From NCBI RefSeq assembly GCF_009914755.1, contig NC_060928.1: a DNA stretch of 64,000 bases, one strand, 5' to 3'. The position numbers were made by a program, and so were the translations under genes. Within the stretch, counting starts at the first letter, position 1, and every line of letters starts with the position of its first letter. Shown here one piece after another: positions 26,161-44,437 of this stretch. Origin of the DNA: the human T2T-CHM13v2.0 reference genome, Homo sapiens. The notes under the pieces were generated by a model that made no database searches, was not told the DNA's origin, and saw only the letters and a program-made list of their open reading frames with translations.

Positions 26161-28599
26161 GTTCCAAAGGAAAGGGACTTAATCATTTGTTAAAAACTAA
26201 TTTATAAATGGCATATTAAAGACATTTTTAAAAGAAAATTCTAATAGTAGCAGGATGGTCACATGAGATTAAATTTTCATCTGCATATGTGTGTGCATTC
26301 TCTCTTCTCAGCAACAAAGAGGCTTCTAATTGGTAAAGGCAGACTAACTTAGAATAGTAATCAGGGCTTCTTGGAGTCACGGCAGGTAGTACAACCTTTC
26401 ATTCTTTTCCCCCTCCCCTAAAAGATAGGTGTGAGCACTTTGGAGTCACTTCCAAAAATTGGCTTAGAAAAGAAATACATTTTTGAGTCATTAAAGCCAA
26501 GTTGCATTAAGAATTTGGAGGGTTGACAAGATTAATGGTTGTAATAAGACTCTGTATGGAGAATTTGAAGGGGCTCTAAATTCAATTACTTACAGGATTA
26601 GACAAGTAACATATATTAATTAAACCATAGGGTGTCAGAAAAAAAAGGAAGGGACTACATCTCTGTCTCTACTAGTAATCAAGAAGTACATACTTTACAG
26701 TCAAGCATTGTTCTCATATATGAAAGACATGACATTGTTTCACAAAGTATCTTTTGCCTTCTAAGATATAAGATTTTGGGGGAAGATAGTTCATCTTTTG
26801 GCACTAAAGGAATATTTAGACCACTGGGGTATATAGCATGGCATGGGCTAGGAAGAAAGGATCTTTGTACATGTTCAATTTCATTTTAAATATAAATCAT
26901 AAGAAGTGACTCCATAGTAGGGATGATAAAGAAGCCACGCAGGCACTCAGTTATTGCCCCTGGTGGACTGTGATGTAGCAAGCAGGGATATTGAAGCCAT
27001 GAGGGGGCTCCACAGGGGGTTCGCTGTGGATTGATCTTAGTTAGATTTTGTATGCAGGCCATCTGTTTGGATCAACATCCACTTAGTGCCTCATTTTTCT
27101 ATTTCAGAGGATGTGTGGGGAAAATTAGGATGTTTTAGGGGAATGAAAAGAGAAGGGAAAGGGAAACAGAGATGGAGAAGACAACAAAACGGAAGTGAAG
27201 GCTCATAGGGAGAGAAATGCTGAAGGCACTGGGACCAACCACCTGGGGTCAGAGTTGAGTGAAATGACATATGGGAGTGCCTGGCATCCTGGCCTCCCAG
27301 CATCTGCTGTTTCCCTGCTCATTGCTCTCATTTGGGGTTAAGAATTGGCTTTACATTTCTGTGTCTTCCTAGGACCCAACACATAGTAGATGTCCCGTAG
27401 GTGGTTTTCTTTTAAGTGAACCATTCCAAAGTTTATGTTTAGCTGTCATATCTCACATAATAATTTGGTATTTTGAATAAAGATCTTTCTAGGCTTGGCT
27501 TTAGTTTCTGTGTAGTATGTAGAGGAATATAGTTGTGCTTTGAAGATTGTGTCTATCTTTCACTTCAGGACTGCTTGAAAGACAAGTCTTGTAACCAGAT
27601 GTAAATAGGCAGGATATGAAGTTTATGAAGCTTTTGGCCCCATCTGTTTCCTATATTTGAACATGTACACCCTTCATAATCTAGAGATTAAAATTCACGT
27701 TTTTAAGTTAAAAAACTTGTATCTTTGAGTTATAAGAAATACATTTAAAGTAATCCAAACCCACACTGCATTTTAAGAAGTCTAGATTGCTTTTGTGTCA
27801 GTTGCAAAATGGGAAATGTTAATAACAAAACAGCGGCAGTGGGAGTGGAGTGATCACCCCAGTTGCTTTCCTTTTTGGTTATTGTCATTGAATGGGTTTA
27901 TATTTAGTAATGTAACGTGTTTACTATTCATTTACAGTGATTGTAAAAGCAAGTTTTGAATAGATGCTTTAAGCATATGTGTAAATTCTGTGAGTTTTGT
28001 TATTGCACACATTATCATGAGAAATATTTTTATTGGCGTATTTGTTATCCAGACATTTATGGCGTTCAGTATCATTACTTTAACTTGTATGCCTTATAAC
28101 ATCAGACACTCTAAATTAAGATGCAGTTGGTAATTCCATAGTTCTTTGAATTTGTGAACTAAGTTTGCAAACTGTGGTCTTTATGAGAAAGAATTCAATA
28201 TTTTCAAACTTGGAAGAACTAGAGAATGTCCTTTTCAATATAAAGACCAATGGGAGCATTAATAAAAATGATGAACAATTGAAATAATAATTCTAACTAA
28301 ATAATTTGTTTTTGGAATACAAAATTTTTTTCTGGTCTTAAAATAGCTAAATCCGTGAGTAGTGCTCATTGGGTAACAGTTTAACCACTACTTCTTTGTA
28401 CTTGTGATACAATCTAAGGCATGTCAGGTATATCTCATGTTTGGCATAATGATAGGTCCTTGAATTCTGAGATTTGTAGTGTTGTTGCCAGGGTGACGTC
28501 TTATCCCCCTGGTTGTTTAGCATGGCCAGACAGCACTCTTACATATTGAATCTTTTTGGTGCTGCAGTTTCAGGCAAAGCACAATTTAATAGGTGCGGG

Positions 28600-28602
<3 letters not shown>

Positions 28603-28655
<53 letters not shown>
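28603..28655. repeat. (TA)n microsatellite
   Basis: Perfect TA run of about 26 units. Confidence 0.97.
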
Positions 28656-28658
<3 letters not shown>

Positions 28659-31600
28659 TACACATACACTATATATAATACATATATATGCACATATGTG
28701 TGTGTACACACATAGATACTATTTAAACTGTGACATAAAAACAACAGACATATTGAGTTGAATTCTGTACGTTAACACATTGGAGATGATCAATGCTATA
28801 ATTTGTGCTGCCAGCTTAATTCATTTTTGCACAGCTATCGGAAAATCCTGCCATCTTTGTTTAGTTGGAATTTTCCTGAAATTACAAGGCAAGCTTATAA
28901 AAACCAGTTATTTATAATGTGTATCTGTTTGAATCAGACTTTCTATATACTGTGCAATCAAAGGAGAATAAAGAAAGAATCTGGATCCTAAGCTGATGAA
29001 ATATGGTGAAATGTGTATGCTAAGCAAGTGAAGTTGTTGTAGTTGCCTGCAGTAAGTAAGGCCTGGTGCCTCTGATTATGATTTTGGAGTCCAAATAGGA
29101 GGTACTGGAGGAATCCTGGCCTTGTGGTGTCTCGGAGACCTGGACTCTGCTTATTAGTTACGTTTCCTTAGGCAAGAGCCACAACTCGTGTACATGACCC
29201 TTCTGAATCTCGGCTCTCCTGCCTGCAATATGTACTTAATAATACCTGTCTCTCCATCATGAGGTGTGAATAAAGCAATGGGTGTGAAAGCCCATTGCTA
29301 TATGTGAAATCCTCTGTAATGTAAATAACTACCACAAACAGAACAGGTTCTTGGCTGCAGATCTGGTGCCCTATTTTCTGCATTCCTTCCCAGAAGTGTT
29401 GTTCTACATCCTTCCCATGTTCCCTATAGCAAACTCACTTTTATCCTCTAGGACTATCCTCTGTCCCCTGGCTTGACCTGGCTATTGGGAATTTCTTTGT
29501 TACTTTTGGTGCTCTTCCCCCGACCCCTACCCGCTTCACCTGCAGGCATCATCTGTGGTGGGTTTTTAATGTTGAGCTGTGGATTTTTGGCATGAGATGT
29601 GTTATTTTCCTGAAATGAGGGGTCTGGTAAAGGGCTGTGAATTAGATGTTGCCCTTGCTGTGTGCCTTGTTTGCTCTGCCATAGAAAACAAAAGATCCAG
29701 TTTCTACATTAGCATTTCAATGTTAAATGCAAGGAGAATTGGTCTCAGGGTCACCAATGTCTGGGACTGAAATTTTACCCAGCTCCAGAAAGTCTGCTGG
29801 CAATAGCCCATTCTTTCTGATTTTTAAATGCAGAAACACTTCTTTTTTAGGCACTTCAAACATTTCTGTTTTCATTGGAGCTAAAGGATTTTAGTGCATC
29901 CAAATGTAATGTCACTGATAACAATGGAGAAGATAATGCTGTCTTTGCCTCAGTTTCTATGTTTTAAAAAATAAAAACGAGTTAAAATTTTCACTGTATG
30001 TTGAGAGACTTGTATTTACTGTTTAAAAGGAATAAAAATTAAGTTTTCTAGAACTTGAAGCAAGTAGGAGAAATTATATTTTGAGTGTTTGCTGGAGAAG
30101 AAATTGTATCATAATTATCTCCTCAGTGTGCTATTGCAAAAAAAAAAATCTAAATCTTTGGGAATGGATAGAAAGACCATGTTTGATCTTTCTGCCACAG
30201 AACATAGAACTATGGAATAAAATTAAGATATCTGTAGTTGGGAGTAGACCCTTTGTATGGTATTTGATCATTTGTGTTACATTTGTAATATGATCTCTGA
30301 TGGATCTGTGAAACACCATTTGATGTTGATTTATAATAAGAGTAGAACAGTTTCACTACGGTTATACCAGTTAATTTGGCAAAACGTCACAAGCCAAATG
30401 TGCTGGAGGAAATATCTGCCTTTCAATATTGTGTGCACTCTATTTTGTGTATTAGTTCAATTTGGCTACTGGAGGAAAGGGGATTTATGGTCTCTATTTT
30501 TAAAGCATTTTTCCTTGTTTTTAATCCGCTTTACTTTGCCAAAAACATGTAATTTTATTTTTCTGCTCAACTATGTTCGACTTCCTAGCATTATTCACTT
30601 TGGAAATGCCACAAAGATACTATCAGTTCTGTCTTTTACGATTTCAGGAGATTGAGTTTCTTTTTCTCTTCTAAAACACTTTGCAACACTAATAATGATT
30701 TAATTAATTATTTGGAGATCTTTAATGATCTATTTTCTGCAGAAGTGTAAGCTTTATGACAGCAGGATCCTGGTGTGCACTGTGTACACAGGGTTTCTGG
30801 TGGATTGTACAGTGTCTGGCACATGGAGAGTGGGCAACAGAATTTTATTCATTGGCTGAAATAGGGGATAAAACTCTGGCTTCAACACTTCACTGAGATA
30901 ACTAATACATAAATCTCACTTTGTGTAAAGAGCTGGCAAGTATGCTTAAATAAGTTTATTCATCATGAGATAAAAATGATTGAGGTAATAGAATATTCAT
31001 ATTGATGTGTATATTGTTACAAGATAAAGCTATTAAGCACACAGCAAATCAGACCGAACAGTAGTCAATATTTTAGGAATCTTGTTATTTCATGGCCTAA
31101 GCTTTTGGAAATCCACATAAGGTAATCAAAATGCAGTCATAAGTAGAATTTGAATCTCCAAAGTCTCAACGTCATAGAAAAAGGTAATTTGTGGAAATAA
31201 AGATAATTTATCAAATTGATTTAATCTGACCAAAAAACTATGTTTATTAATAGCTATGTAAGCTATTGTCTTCTCTCTATACAGCAAAATCTTAATATTA
31301 AAATTGAGTTTAGTTTAAGGCAATTTTGCTTTGACCTTCTCCCTGAGTTTAAGGTATTCTGATTATGAGAAATGACTACAGAAAGACTTGGTGTGGCACC
31401 TTGGTAATTTGTGGAGTTAATGGCTCATTTTTAAATTAAAATTTTGTGGGGAGGAGACAGAAAGTACTAAATTTTGGAGCAGATATATTTATTATGCTTC
31501 ATTTCCATTTGAAGTTAAGATTTCAGAGAACTGACTCTCTGAATATGACTCATCATATTCTAAAGTTACACCTCATAGGGTATGGAAAGTCTTTATTTCC

Positions 31601-31798
31601 TCTGAATATTAGTGGAGTGATTCCTTTGCAGGTGGTTCACTCTCCAAGGACCACACGACCTGTAGACAGACTGTGAAATAGTCACTTTGTTTCCCTATGA
31701 CACTCTGGGACCATTCCCTCCTGGAGGTTTTTACTTTGAGATTTTCCATTATTCCTGTATATTGAACAATCACACCTAAATCTAAACCTTTCTTTCTT

Positions 31799-34734
<2,936 letters not shown>

Positions 34735-37243
34735 TAAAAATATCTCTCACTTACTTTTTATCATGAAAACTTTCAAGCATGCAGAAATGTAGAGAGAACA
34801 GTATAATGAACACTGATATCTGCAACACTTGGATATCACAATTATTAATGTTTTGCCATATTTGCTGAAGTATTCTGAGGAAACCATATAATATCACCTC
34901 ACTTTATGTTCACATATCACAGCCTGCATTTCCCGAAGTAAAGACTCCTTCTTTCACAATTACACCACCACCACCACCACTGCACCAAAACCCCCAACAA
35001 ACAAAAAAACAGTAAACAAAACCAAAAACCCTATAATGCCATTGAATGCAGTCTTTATTTATATTTTTCCAATTTTTTCAAAATGTCTTTTGTAACTGTT
35101 TTGTTTGGAATCCAATCAAGAACTAATCATTGTGTTTGATTGTTATGCCTTTTAAGTCTCTTATAAACTCTGGTCTAGGATCTGAATTTTAGAAAAGGGG
35201 AATTGAGGAGGTTGAACTGGGACCTTTGATAAGTCTGCTAAGCCCAAGTAGGATCCCGATAAGGAAGTGTTGGGACCGTGAGACCTGGGATAGGAGCATC
35301 AGGGTAGATGTGGGGGAGAAAAGATTCCCCCAAATCCTCTGGGCCTGCAGAAGCCACCTGCATCTTTTGCTAGAGGATAGCAACCAAGTCTCAACTGAGG
35401 TAGCTGTCTCATAAGATAATATTTGTCCTTCTCAAGATTCGTCCTCCTACCTATCCTCCTGACTTCCAGACCAGTAACTAGAGTCAAGTATCAGCATGGC
35501 TCTCCTAGGAAAGTGACTGCCATGCCAAGGGAGAAAGGAATGACCCACAGAAGATCTGTGACCTGACTGACATATACTGGAAAACACTGAAGAACATGCC
35601 TGAAAATAGATCTTGAGGGTGCTGGACTGGGGCATGGAGACATAATGTAAGGCTGAACAGGGATCAATTTATTAATGCAGGCCACTGTCCAATAATTTAG
35701 GATGGAATGCTCTGGCAAGGGCATCTAGAGACATTCATATACTGCTAGGATGGTTCCTAAACTTGGAAGAAAAGACAGCCCATGTTAGGTGAAGTGGAGC
35801 TGCCATAATTCCCTTGGCTAAGAATTGAGAGAGGGCAAAAAAAGGCTTATAGAAATAGAAATGTTTGACTGAATCTTTTCTATAAGACCTGAGAATCTAT
35901 CAGATGACTACATTCTTCAGAGTGGTCCAGAAGACACTCTCTTCACTAAGATGTTAAGAAATTTTCTGGTAACATTTAGATCCCTGGCATCATTTAGAAA
36001 CTCAGAAATAGTTGTCCTTTGTAGGTTATGGCTGTTAGTAGGATTTTCTGTTATGGAATTTGAATGTTTTTTAGTGTATCAAAAATGATAGGATTTCAGA
36101 GAAGAAGAGGGCAAATGATAACACTGAATCATCAGAGGCAAAATGGAACTAAGTGTTGGATGGCTTGAGTCAGAATGGGAGCCCGGGAGCTCTGACCTGT
36201 AGAAATACATGTTAATTGCTAATAGAGCATAATATCCTAGGGGCATTTGGAAAAGGTATTATTTACTATATATAATCAAAGATAACAGAATGGATGAATG
36301 TAAGCAAAATGTCAGCTACCCTAGTGGGTTTTAATAAATGAGCCAGTTATCAGACATGAAGTTCATTGAATGAGTGGCTGCATCCCCTGGAAGAAGGATG
36401 CTACAATATCACAGCAAATATGTAGAAGAGCAGTTCCCCTAGTATTTCCCCCAAAGGGATCTATGGTCTCTTTTCCAGCAACTGTGCACCAACTGGGCAC
36501 TAGATGTTCTGAGAGTTGCTGGATTAGGGTCAGATCAGGGTCTGAGCTCACACTGCTACCAAGGGACCTAAGACACTAATATGACTCCCTTTTCGAATAG
36601 AGGAATGTAGAGTTCAGCTGATCAATTGGACATGGAATGGACATGTTTGGCAGCTGGAAGAACTCTAATTTTGATTCATTGACTCATAAAATAAAGGTTA
36701 TCATTATAGTAAAAGACTGAGTGAAAGCTGCTAAAACTGACTTCCCTTTGCCCCACAGCCTTGAAACTGCCAAGACAGGAAAACAGTCCACCAAATGGTG
36801 GAAGTGTGAATCACCTCACCATCATTCACAGTGTCCCCTTTGGAGGAATTTTTGCTTTCTGTTTCAATAGCTTTAGGTTGTATGGATGGAGAGATTTGGT
36901 TCCCAGAGAGGAGAGTCAATAAGAATCCTACCAAGCCTAAAGTTCCAGTTATTATTTAGTCATTTTGGTCACTTCGTGCTGACAATTTATTTCACTCATC
37001 ATGAGAGGTATAACTGCTGTTACAATAATTGCTTGGCATTTTGCAATTTGTGGGATCCACAGGGGCATCTCTTGGTACTCTTATACTTAAATTTAATTGT
37101 GAATGGACAATTAGGCAACCACTACCTGATGAGACTATGAGAACCATCAACCCCACAAAGATGAAGGCCAAAGTCACCCCATCAGAAGAACAACTGATGA
37201 CAGCAGAAGTCTACCCAATGATGAGGAAATGTAGAGTTGGTGG

Positions 37244-37432
37244 TGTCTTAGTCCATTTTGTGCTGCCATAACAAAATACCTGAGACTGAGTAATTTATAA
37301 AGAACAGAGATTTATTTCTTACAGTTCTAGAGGCTGAGAAGTTCAAGGCCAAAGAGTCCATATCTGGTGAGGGACTTCACGCTGCATCATCCCATGGTGG
37401 AAGGTGCAAGAGCAAACAAGTGAGTCAGAGTG

Positions 37433-37471
<39 letters not shown>

Positions 37472-37639
37472 GACAAAGAATGGGAGGGAGATGAACTCAT
37501 TCTTTTACCAGGAACCTACTCCCATGATAACTAACCCACTCCCGAGATGAGGGCAGAGCCCTCATGACCTCATCATATTTGAAAAGTTACACCTCTCCAC
37601 ACTGTTGCATTGCGAATTATGTTTCCAACACATGAACTT
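37244..37639 (-). mobile_element. MST-type MaLR solo LTR with (GA)n
   Basis: tgtcttagtccattttgtgctgccataac...; imperfect 5-bp TSD ggtgg/ggtag; (GA)n at about 37436-37468. Confidence 0.8.
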
Positions 37640-38110
37640 TGAGGGGCCCATTCAAAGCAGGTAGTATAATTAATTTTTGCCTCAAAGCCAATCATAGCAG
37701 TGTAGACTGTAGTTTGTTCTAGTAATCTTTCTCTTCTAATTTTTCTCAAAAGAAATTATGTCTTTTTGTGAACAATGCAATTGGGTAAACTGAAATAGAG
37801 TGCATTTGAGAAGTTCATGGAGTGGACCATAGCAAATAAAGTCCATTCTCTGTTCAGATGCTTTGGATAGCTGTTTTACCATTTCTGTGCATATTTCAGG
37901 TTTAGCATACTCCTCTCTTGCTCCCCAGAAGACTGACTTGAGCTATGTAGTCCACTTTATTTCATATCCTTCAGACAGCCAGAAATGCCTCGAAATGTGT
38001 CACCCACCAACCCTTCACTGGCAGTCATTAGTGAATGACTGATAGGTATAGGAGTATTAAGTCTCAGCTCTCTTACCTGAGAGCTCTGAGACACAAGTCA
38101 GATTCTAGAG

Positions 38111-38319
38111 AAAGGTTTCTTGACCTTGGCACTATTGACATTTTGGACTTGATAGTTTCCTCTTGTGAGGGGCTATACATTGTAGCATGGTTAGTAGCAT
38201 TTCTAACCTCTACCCCGTAGATGCTGATAGCACCTTCACAATTGTGACAATCAAACAATATCTCCAGGCATTGCCCAATGTTCCCTGGGGGTCAAGATCA
38301 CCCCTGTTGAGAAACACTT
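38111..38319. mobile_element. MER20 (hAT-Charlie) DNA transposon
   Basis: ccttggcactattgacatttt...gttgagaaacact; 8-bp TSD ttctagag/ctctagag. Confidence 0.85.
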
Positions 38320-38559
38320 CTCTAGAGTTTTCTGACAGATCAGGCTGAAGCTACTTTCTGTAGGACTTTGCTGACTTTACACCTTTGGTTGGCTTTTTCA
38401 CTTTTCTTTCTTCCAACTCTCCTACTGGCTTTCTCTGAAAACATGTCCTTAATGAATCACTTGCACAAGAATCCTCATTTTAGGGACTACTTCCAAAGCA
38501 CTCAACCCAAAACAGCATTTATACTTAAATGGTCCAGATTTAGCTATATAAATGAAATG

Positions 38560-40030
<1,471 letters not shown>

Positions 40031-40466
40031 GTTTAAAAGAAATCTAATATTTTACTCTTTGTCCACAGTTTTTTACATGACCGACTTTCTCATCTCCTTT
40101 CCCTTGTGTCTGATTTCAACTTCACCTCAGTCCTTTGATTCCTTTAGCTTTTTTTTCAAAGCCACCAACCTTGTCCTGACTACTTCCTTCCCCATAGAGA
40201 CCCCCTGATACATCACATTTGTCATTTGTGTTAGCACTTTGAGCTCCTTTGGTCCTTTGCCTTCTGCATTTGCTCAGCAAGCTGCCAAGCAGGGATTGCT
40301 CGGTCACGTCCTTCCCACAGGCACTAGACTGTAAGTGATATGGGGGTGAGTACCCATTGAAACAGATTCATAAATGAAATTATTCATGTTATGTAGTCTA
40401 AATTAAGCTGTCATTCTCTTTGGAATCAATTTCATGGGCCCAGTTTGCTTTCTCTTCCAATCTCTT

Positions 40467-40773
40467 TTTTTTTTTTTATTATTATACTTTAAGTTTTAGG
40501 GTACATGTGCACATTGTGCAGGTTAGTTACATATGTATACATGTGCCATGCTGGTGCGCTGCACCCACTAACTCGTCATCTAGCATTAGGTATATCTCCC
40601 AATGCTATCCCTCCCCCCTCCCCCCACCCCACCACAGTCCCCAGAGTGTGATATTCCCTTTCCTGTGTCCATGTGATCTCATTGTTCAATTCCCACCTAT
40701 GAGTGAGAATATGCGGTGTTTGGTTTTTTGTTCTTGCGATAGTTTACTGAGAATGATGATTTCCAATTTCATC
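40467..40773 (-). mobile_element. Short young L1 3' end (L1PA2-like) with long TSD
   Basis: Minus strand reads gcattgggagatatacctaatgctagatgacgagttagtgggtgcagcgcacc (GAG, not the Ta ACA); direct repeats at 40433-40466 and 40774-40807. Confidence 0.92.
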
Positions 40774-40879
40774 CATGGGCCCAGTTTGCTTTCTCTTCCA
40801 ATCTCTTCCAATCTCTTAAGTGACCGTGACTTTATCACTTACCTTAAGTTCCTTGTCAGGCTTTTGCTGAGTTTCATAT

Positions 40880-41640
40880 TCTTTTTATAAATGTCCCACT
40901 GGACATCTTTGACTGAAAATCCCATGAAAACCTCAAATTCAACATATCCATGCTGAAGTCATCATCTCCCTCTGCCTTGGAGAATTTGCTCCCTCCATTA
41001 TGTTCCCTGGAGTACACACTCCCTAGGAATCTCAGCTAGATGCCCAGGACTCTCTAGGAGTCCCTCTTCCTTAATACCACCAATTCTTTATCATGTCTGT
41101 CTACATATTCAGTAGACTATATCTCATATTTCTTCTTCTTCTCTTGCTTCTCTGGCACTGCCTTAATCCAATCGACCATGATGTCTCAATTAGATAATTG
41201 AAGAACAGTCTATACAAACTTCCTCTCTTCAGTCTCAGACTGTCCAGCCCAGCCACTGCATGGAAATTACTCATGCAATTATGTGGCTTAATATCCTTTA
41301 GGAGCCCCCCAAACTTACAAAGAAAACCCAGCTTGGTAGACTCAGTATATGTTTCCAGAATCAGAACATGGCATCCTGACTATCTCTTCTGTAGTACTGT
41401 CTTCCATTTACTGATTGGTTTAGCCAACTGACATTCTTGCTATTATTACATTGTGCCTACATGCCCTCACACATTCTTTCTCTGTTTCATAGTGAGTGTA
41501 TGTTCATCCTTCAAACCTTAGCTAAAGCCCTTTTCTCATCTATGAATTCTCCTCATCTCACCTTGTCTTATTTAACCATTCCGTTTTCTACCCTACTGTG
41601 GATTGCACATTAATCTACTGAAGCATTTATCACATCATGC
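40880..41640 (+). mobile_element. L2 fragment
   Basis: acctcaaattcaacatatcc...catcatctccc motif, heavily diverged. Confidence 0.55.
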
Positions 41641-43344
41641 AGTATGTATATATGCCTATCTCACATCAGGCACAGGCATGGGTTTTAAAGCTTTATATAT
41701 TTGGAATTACCATAAAACTGGTCACTTTAACAATGGTTTCATGAACAGTGCTTTACTTTTAAATTTTAAGGGTAAGGAAACTTGCTTTGAGATGAGTGCT
41801 GAGTGGGAATACGAAAGGGATTAGGTTTCGGGAATACACAGTAAAATGATCACAACATTTTTATAAAAATGTTAAAAAATTTTTTAACACCCCCTAAAAT
41901 AAAAACAAGCCTTCCCATTGGCTTTTTCATGGCTGTCATTGAAATGAATGGAGGATACAGAGCATTTGTGCTGCAACAGTGAATGAAAGGTCTAGATCCC
42001 AAGAGACAGATAAAAATCTACAGCGTTTCAAAAAAGTTCCTTTATTTTTGTGTCCAATTTGTAGAAGAAATTGCTAGGTGATTACTCAACTCATTCTCTT
42101 CCCCTGGGCATTTTGGCCATTTTAGCCCACTTCTCTGCCATCAGATATGACCACATGACTCAGTTCCACCAATAGCTTGTGAATGGAAGTGATATGCACT
42201 ACACCATGGCTAAGTTAACAGATCCTGTCAAAACAATCTTTCATGCTCTCTTCCACTTCTAGATGGTAGGAATATAACTGACTCTTGTGGCAACCTTGGA
42301 AACCTGGTATTGAAGAAAAGACCACAAAATGGAAAGAAATCTATGTCCCTGACACTGCATGGAGAAAAGCTACCTGACCAAAAATATACAAATTGGACTC
42401 TTTTGTGAGCAATAAATAAACTTTTATTGTGTTAAGCACTGAATGATGGGGTTAGATTGTTAAATCAATTAAGTGTCACTCTAATGTATACAGAAAAATA
42501 TTTCTTTTCTCAAATATTTGTGGGCCAGTTTCTTTCGTTTGAATTATTTTGTATGTCAGGTAGAATTGGACCACATCTTCCAGCTCTACTGTCTTCACAG
42601 GAAAAACAAAAAGAGTTTCATCTACAGTCAAGCTCTTCTGTGGACACAATATTTCACTTTTTTGCTTTGCCATCCAATATAGTTTGTCCTTGTTTGAATG
42701 GTTTGGACAGATGCACCTACTTGTCCACTCTCCTGACCTTGGGAAAGGGAAGAACAGAGTCCAGGGAAAGCCGCTTTTTAGTGAAAGAGATGATGCAGAA
42801 GTTGCACACAGCACTGCCTCTCATATTTTATTGACTTGAACCTGGTTACATGGAAACAGAAGTAGGAAAGGTTGCTAAATTGTAGACCTGTGACTGTCTC
42901 CAATTACTAAAAGGAAGAAAGAGAAAATGGATACTGGAGGACAAGGAGTAACTCTTAGGACTACATAAGTAACTATATGCACACTTATTCTCACTCATAG
43001 GATACCTTCACCCTCTCTCCCAGGAGACAATCCAGAGTCTCATTAAGTTTCTGCATCCAGTTTAGAGTCCAGGAATTATAAGTGATGAGCCGTCCATTGT
43101 ATCAGCTTCCAATGTGCTTCTTTGTAGTCTAGTGATCTAAAAGCTAATACATAAGTCATTTATAACCAAATTCCCATATAATCATCTATTACTGTGTAAC
43201 AAATTAGTAAGCAGAAAGCTGAGACTTGAGACTCTTTGGGAAGTGAGCCCTCCTCCCTTGTCTTCATCCCCACATTTAGTGTCATCAACTCCTATTTGAC
43301 TAAATCCTCTAAATCTCTCTTCATTCTTTAAATTTATCCACTTA

Positions 43345-43457
43345 TTAGGTTGGTTCAAAAGCAATCACAGTTTTTATCATTGCTTTAATGTAAAAAGCAA
43401 ACTTTCTTTTTTTCTTTTTATAAAAAGTAAACTGCAATTGTTTTTGCAGCAACCTAA
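43345..43457. mobile_element. MADE1 (Hsmar1-derived MITE) with extra internal sequence, inside an L2 fragment
   Basis: Terminal inverted repeats ttaggttggttcaaaa / ttttgcagcaacctaa, with TA on both sides. Confidence 0.85.
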
Positions 43458-43994
43458 TATTTCCATTCCTGTGGCTACAACCTTGGCTCTGGCCACCATC
43501 ACGTCTGAAGTAATCTTTGCAGTCACCCTGACTGTCCTCCTCTCCTTCAAGCTTGCCCTCGTCTAGTCTGTTCTCCACACTATGGCTGTAGTGGTTTTAT
43601 TACATCAAGCATGCTTCCTGATGATACTGCTCTGCTTAAATATTTTCAATGTTTGTTTTGGCCGTCTTTTTGTCTTCATTCCTTACCACATAATTCAGAG
43701 CTCTCTGGGACCTGGATCCAGTGCAGATCTCCAGACTCATCTCTGTCCACTCTCAGGGACACTGGGCCATTAGCCATCTTGAACTTAGTCACTTACTTAA
43801 GGAGGCCTTGCTTCTCTTGCCTTTAGGCCTTTCCACAGCCTGTGTCCTCCATCTGAAGTATTTCTCCTTTCTCTCCTTTCCTAGCAAACTCTTACCCATG
43901 CTTTACATTTCAGCTTAAATATAAATTCTCTGGGAATTTTGCCTGAATCTTGGATTAGGTGTGGTCTCCAGCGCTCTATGCTCCCACAATGCCC

Positions 43995-44437
43995 TATATT
44001 AATTTCTTAGAAATGTTACAGGAAAGTACGACAAACTGGGTGGCTTAAAACAACCAAACTTTTTATTGTCTCACAGTTCTTAAGGCTAGAAGTGAAAAAT
44101 CAAGGTGTCAGCATGACCATGCTCCCTGAGACTCAGGTAGAATCCTTCCTTCATAGTTTCTGGTGGTGCCTGCCAACTCTTGATGTTCCTTGACTTGCAG
44201 CTGCCATCACTCCAATCTCTGCATCTGTCAGCACGTGGCATTCTCTGTGTGTCTCTGTCTTCATGTGGCATTTTCCTCTTACAAGATCATCAGTCTTATT
44301 AGATTAGGGCCTATGCTAATGACCTTAGCTAAACTTTATTATATCTGCAAACACACTATTTTCAAATAAGTTTACATTCACAGTTACCTAGGGTTAGGAC
44401 TTCAATATATCTTTCTGAGGGATACAATTAACCCAGA
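43995..44437 (-). mobile_element. MLT1 (MLT1C-like) solo LTR
   Basis: acaaactgggtggcttaaaacaac...gggttaggacttcaatatatcttt. Confidence 0.8.

Larger units (their letters stand above)
35170..38512 (+). mobile_element. Decayed ERVL-class internal sequence ending in an LTR16-like LTR (about 37830-38512), with nested MST and MER20
   Basis: gatcttgagggtgctgga internal motif; the LTR end aatcacttgcacaagaatcctcat...aacccaaaaca resembles LTR16. No intact ORFs. Confidence 0.55.
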
